Origin: an uncultured Phycisphaerales bacterium
GTDB taxonomy: Bacteria > Planctomycetota > Phycisphaerae > Tepidisphaerales > Tepidisphaeraceae
Assembly (NCBI GenBank): GCA_963758525.1
Contig: CAVWVQ010000003.1
Location: 608,001 to 672,000 of the forward strand
Direction of reading: 5' to 3'
DNA: 64,000 nucleotides
The notes below the pieces were generated by a model that was not told the origin of the DNA, ran no database searches, and was given only the letters and a program-made list of their open reading frames with translations. Numbering within the stretch: the stretch's first letter is position 1; each line of letters begins with the position of its first letter. A program made the translations under genes and the position numbers. This document shows, piece after piece, positions 61,455 through 64,000 of this stretch.

Positions 61455-63361
61455 GTGAGCCGAAAACAGCAACTTCTTGTAAACGTTGTCGCGCCGTTGC
61501 TGCTCGTCGCGGCTACGACGGCGGCCTATCTGCCGGCCATTCGCGGCGGATATATCTGGGACGATGATTCGTTCGTCACCGACAACGCCATTCTCCAGGG
61601 CGGGCCCGATTCGCTGCGTCGAATCTGGTTGGAATTTCGGGCCACCGATCAATACTACCCGATGGCCTACAGCAGCTTCTGGCTGGAATACCGGCTGTGG
61701 GGATACAACCCGCTCGGCTCACACATCGTCAACGTCCTCCTGCATGTGCTCAACGCGTTGCTCCTGTGGCAACTGCTGCGTGTGCTGAAGGTCCCGGGGG
61801 CGTGGATCGCGGCGTTCGTCTTCGCGCTGCATCCGGTGGAAGTGGAGTCGGTGGCGTGGATCACCGAGCGGAAAAATGTGCTCTCCACGTCGTTCTATTT
61901 CCTCGCGTTCCTGGCGTACCTCCGTTTTTGCCCGCTGCCGGAGGCGCGGCGCGACTGGCGGTTTTACCCGCTGGTGATCCTGCTTTTTTTCTGCGCCTGT
62001 GGAGCAAGACGGTCGCCTGCTCGCTGCCGGCAGCGCTGCTGGTGGTGCATTGGTGGAAGCAGGACCGCGTCCGCTGGCGCGATCTGGCTCCGCTGCTCCC
62101 GCTGCTGGTCATCGGGGCGGGGATGGGCTTTCTGACTGCATGGATGGAGAAGCACGTCATCGGCGCCAAGGGAAACGATTGGTCGCTGACGATGCCGGAT
62201 CGGTTTCTCATCGCCGGCCGGGCGCTGTGGTTCTATCTGGGGAAGCTGATCTGGCCGTCGCCGTTGATCTTCATTTATCCGCGGTGGGACTTGAACCCCG
62301 CCGCGTGGTGGCAATGGGTGTTTCCCGTGGCGGCAGCGGGGCTGCTACTGCTGCTATGGCGCTTGCGTCGCGAGCTTGGCAAAGCGCCGCTGGCGGCATT
62401 GCTGTTTTTTGCGATCACGCTGTTCCCCGCCCTGGGATTCTTCGACGTCTACCCGTTCCGATATTCCTTCGTAGCCGACCATTTTCAGTACCTCGCGAGC
62501 ATGGGGCCGATCGCCCTGGCGGCTGGCGGCATCGCTATGCTCACCGCCCGGGCTACGCGGCACTCTCTCGCTCTCCCGGCCCGCGGCGAGCGTCGCCGAG
62601 CCGCACGACGGACTTCGGCGGCCTCGGTCGAACCGGAGAGGACGGGGGTGAGCGCGATTTCGAGAAACAACGGCATTGGAAATTCTAAATCACCCTCACC
62701 CCAACCCTCTCCCGGAATACCGGGAGAGGGGGCGGAGGGAAACGCTCCGCTGCGCATCGCGGCTAACCGGGACGTCCCACTGCTGGCGGCGATTGTGTGC
62801 ATGCCGGTGCTGGTGATCCTTGGCGCTCTAACCTGGCATCAATGTCTGATGTACTCCGACCTCAAGACGTTCTACCAAACCATCATCGCGGAAAACCCCG
62901 GCTGCTGGATGGCGCACGATAATTTGAGCGTGGTGCTGCTGCAGGAGGGACATGCCGACGATTCGATGAGCCATTCACAACGATCTCTCATGCTCAAGCC
63001 AGACGATGCGACGGCGGACGTGAATCTTGGGAACGCTTTGATTTCCCAGGGGCGTCTTGATGAGGCGATCTGGCAGTATCAGCGGGCGATTGTCGCCCAG
63101 CCGGATTTCCCCGAGGCCGAGAGTGATCTGGGCAACGCGTTGCTTTTCAAGCGAGAATTCGGCAAAGCAGTAACGCACTATGCCCGGGCGATCCAGTTGA
63201 AGGCCGACTATGCTGAGGCGCATAACAACCTTGGTTATGCGCTGATGCAGATGGGCGATCTGGACGAGGCAATTGCTGAATTCAAAAAGGCGCTGTCGCT
63301 TCGGGCGAATTACGCGCAGGCTCGGGAAAACCTGGGGAACGCAATGGCGCGGAGAGGATAA
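61455..63361 (+). CDS. TMTC-like multi-pass GT-C glycosyltransferase with C-terminal TPRs; apparent frameshift ~61997
   Basis: YIWDD, YYP, HIVNVLLH, FALHPVEVESVAWITERK, VADHFQYL, TPR repeats (AHNNLG). Confidence 0.85.
62563..62771. repeat. Nested palindromic repeats inside the TMTC-like CDS
   Basis: Homology to 6060-6124 and to 13552-13581. Confidence 0.85.
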
Positions 63362-64000
63362 GTGAGCTCGCTTCCAGCCAGCGTTCAACGCCAAGACCAC
63401 CGAAGAGTCGTTTGCATCTGCCTGTTTCTGGTCGCGATCGTCTGGCTGGTATTCGGCCAAACTGCACGCTTCGATTTCACCAATTATGACGACGGGGAAT
63501 ATGTCTACGAAAACCCGCACGTGCTCGGAGGGTTCACCGCCCAAAATGCCGCGTGGGCATTCACCTCGTTTTACGCATCCAACTGGCATCCGCTCACCTG
63601 GTTGACGCACATCGCTGACGAGCAGATCCACGGCACTGCCGCCGGCGGGCATCATGTCACCAACGTGCTGCTCCATTCGCTTGCGGTTGTGCTGCTGTTT
63701 CTCGTGCTGAACGAAATGACTGGTGCGATCTGGCGAAGCGCTTTTGTGGCGGTGGTTTTCGCGGTGCATCCCCAGCGCGTGGAGTCGGTTGCCTGGGTCG
63801 CGGAGCGCAAGGACGTGCTCAGCGGCGTCTTCTTCATGCTGACGCTGGCGGCATATCTGCATTACATACGCGGTCGCTCGGTTGGACGATATCTGTCGAT
63901 CGTTCTCTGCTTTGGGCTGGGGCTGATGTCCAAGCCATCGATTGTGACGCTGCCATTTGTGCTTCTGTTGCTGGACTTTTGGCCGTTGCGGCGGATCTGT
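63362..64000 (+). CDS. Second TMTC-like membrane protein (partial, runs off window)
   Basis: Own translation: FTNYDDGEYVYENPHV, NWHPLTW, HHVTNVLLH, FAVHPQRVESVAWVAERKD. Confidence 0.85.
   Translation, partial: MSSLPASVQRQDHRRVVCICLFLVAIVWLVFGQTARFDFTNYDDGEYVYENPHVLGGFTAQNAAWAFTSFYASNWHPLTWLTHIADEQIHGTAAGGHHVTNVLLHSLAVVLLFLVLNEMTGAIWRSAFVAVVFAVHPQRVESVAWVAERKDVLSGVFFMLTLAAYLHYIRGRSVGRYLSIVLCFGLGLMSKPSIVTLPFVLLLLDFWPLRRIC

Noticed and set aside
5050..62000. About 12 single-base frameshifts in 10 genes read as pseudogenisation or programmed frameshifting
   Set aside because: They are scattered, several sit in short homopolymers, and both halves of each gene look intact, which is typical of long-read indel error. 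Read mapping is needed to be sure.
1..64000. tRNA, rRNA, integrase, transposase or prophage genes
   Set aside because: None recognised in the sequence or the ORF track.

Overview
GC-rich bacterial DNA, most likely from a planctomycete of the Phycisphaerae/Tepidisphaerales type. This is inferred from the DUF1559-type prepilins, PEP-CTERM proteins, a LEPR-xLL-like leader and an ECF sigma/FecR pair. Left third (minus strand): an ECF sigma, anti-sigma and two periplasmic helical proteins lead into a tightly overlapping type II secretion operon (gspE-F-G-H-I-J-K-L-M, a C-like gene, gspD), followed by a lipoprotein and mdtA-mdtB. Middle: a putative nucleotidyltransferase TA-like pair, DUF3300/DUF2950, Fic, STAS, an S41 protease and argS. 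From about 29.4 to 59.2 kb: a carbohydrate-use region with no SusC/D. It holds three PEP-CTERM proteins, four prepilin/H-X-DG (DUF1559-like) proteins, an ECF/FecR pair and GH78, GH29 and GH35 enzymes. Right end: a carbamoyltransferase and two TMTC-like membrane glycosyltransferases. The most striking non-gene structure is repetitive DNA. (i) REP-like palindromes sit in-frame in dispensable protein segments, including a 144-codon gspI leader and a membrane-protein loop. (ii) A 143-bp MITE occurs in three identical copies with 8-9 bp target duplications and carries a REP doublet inside. (iii) Short relics of neighbouring CAZyme genes lie between genes, and two PEP-CTERM paralogues share an identical ~460-bp tract. 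About 12 single-base frameshifts in 10 genes are most simply sequencing/assembly indels. All family assignments come from motif recognition by eye, not from database searches.
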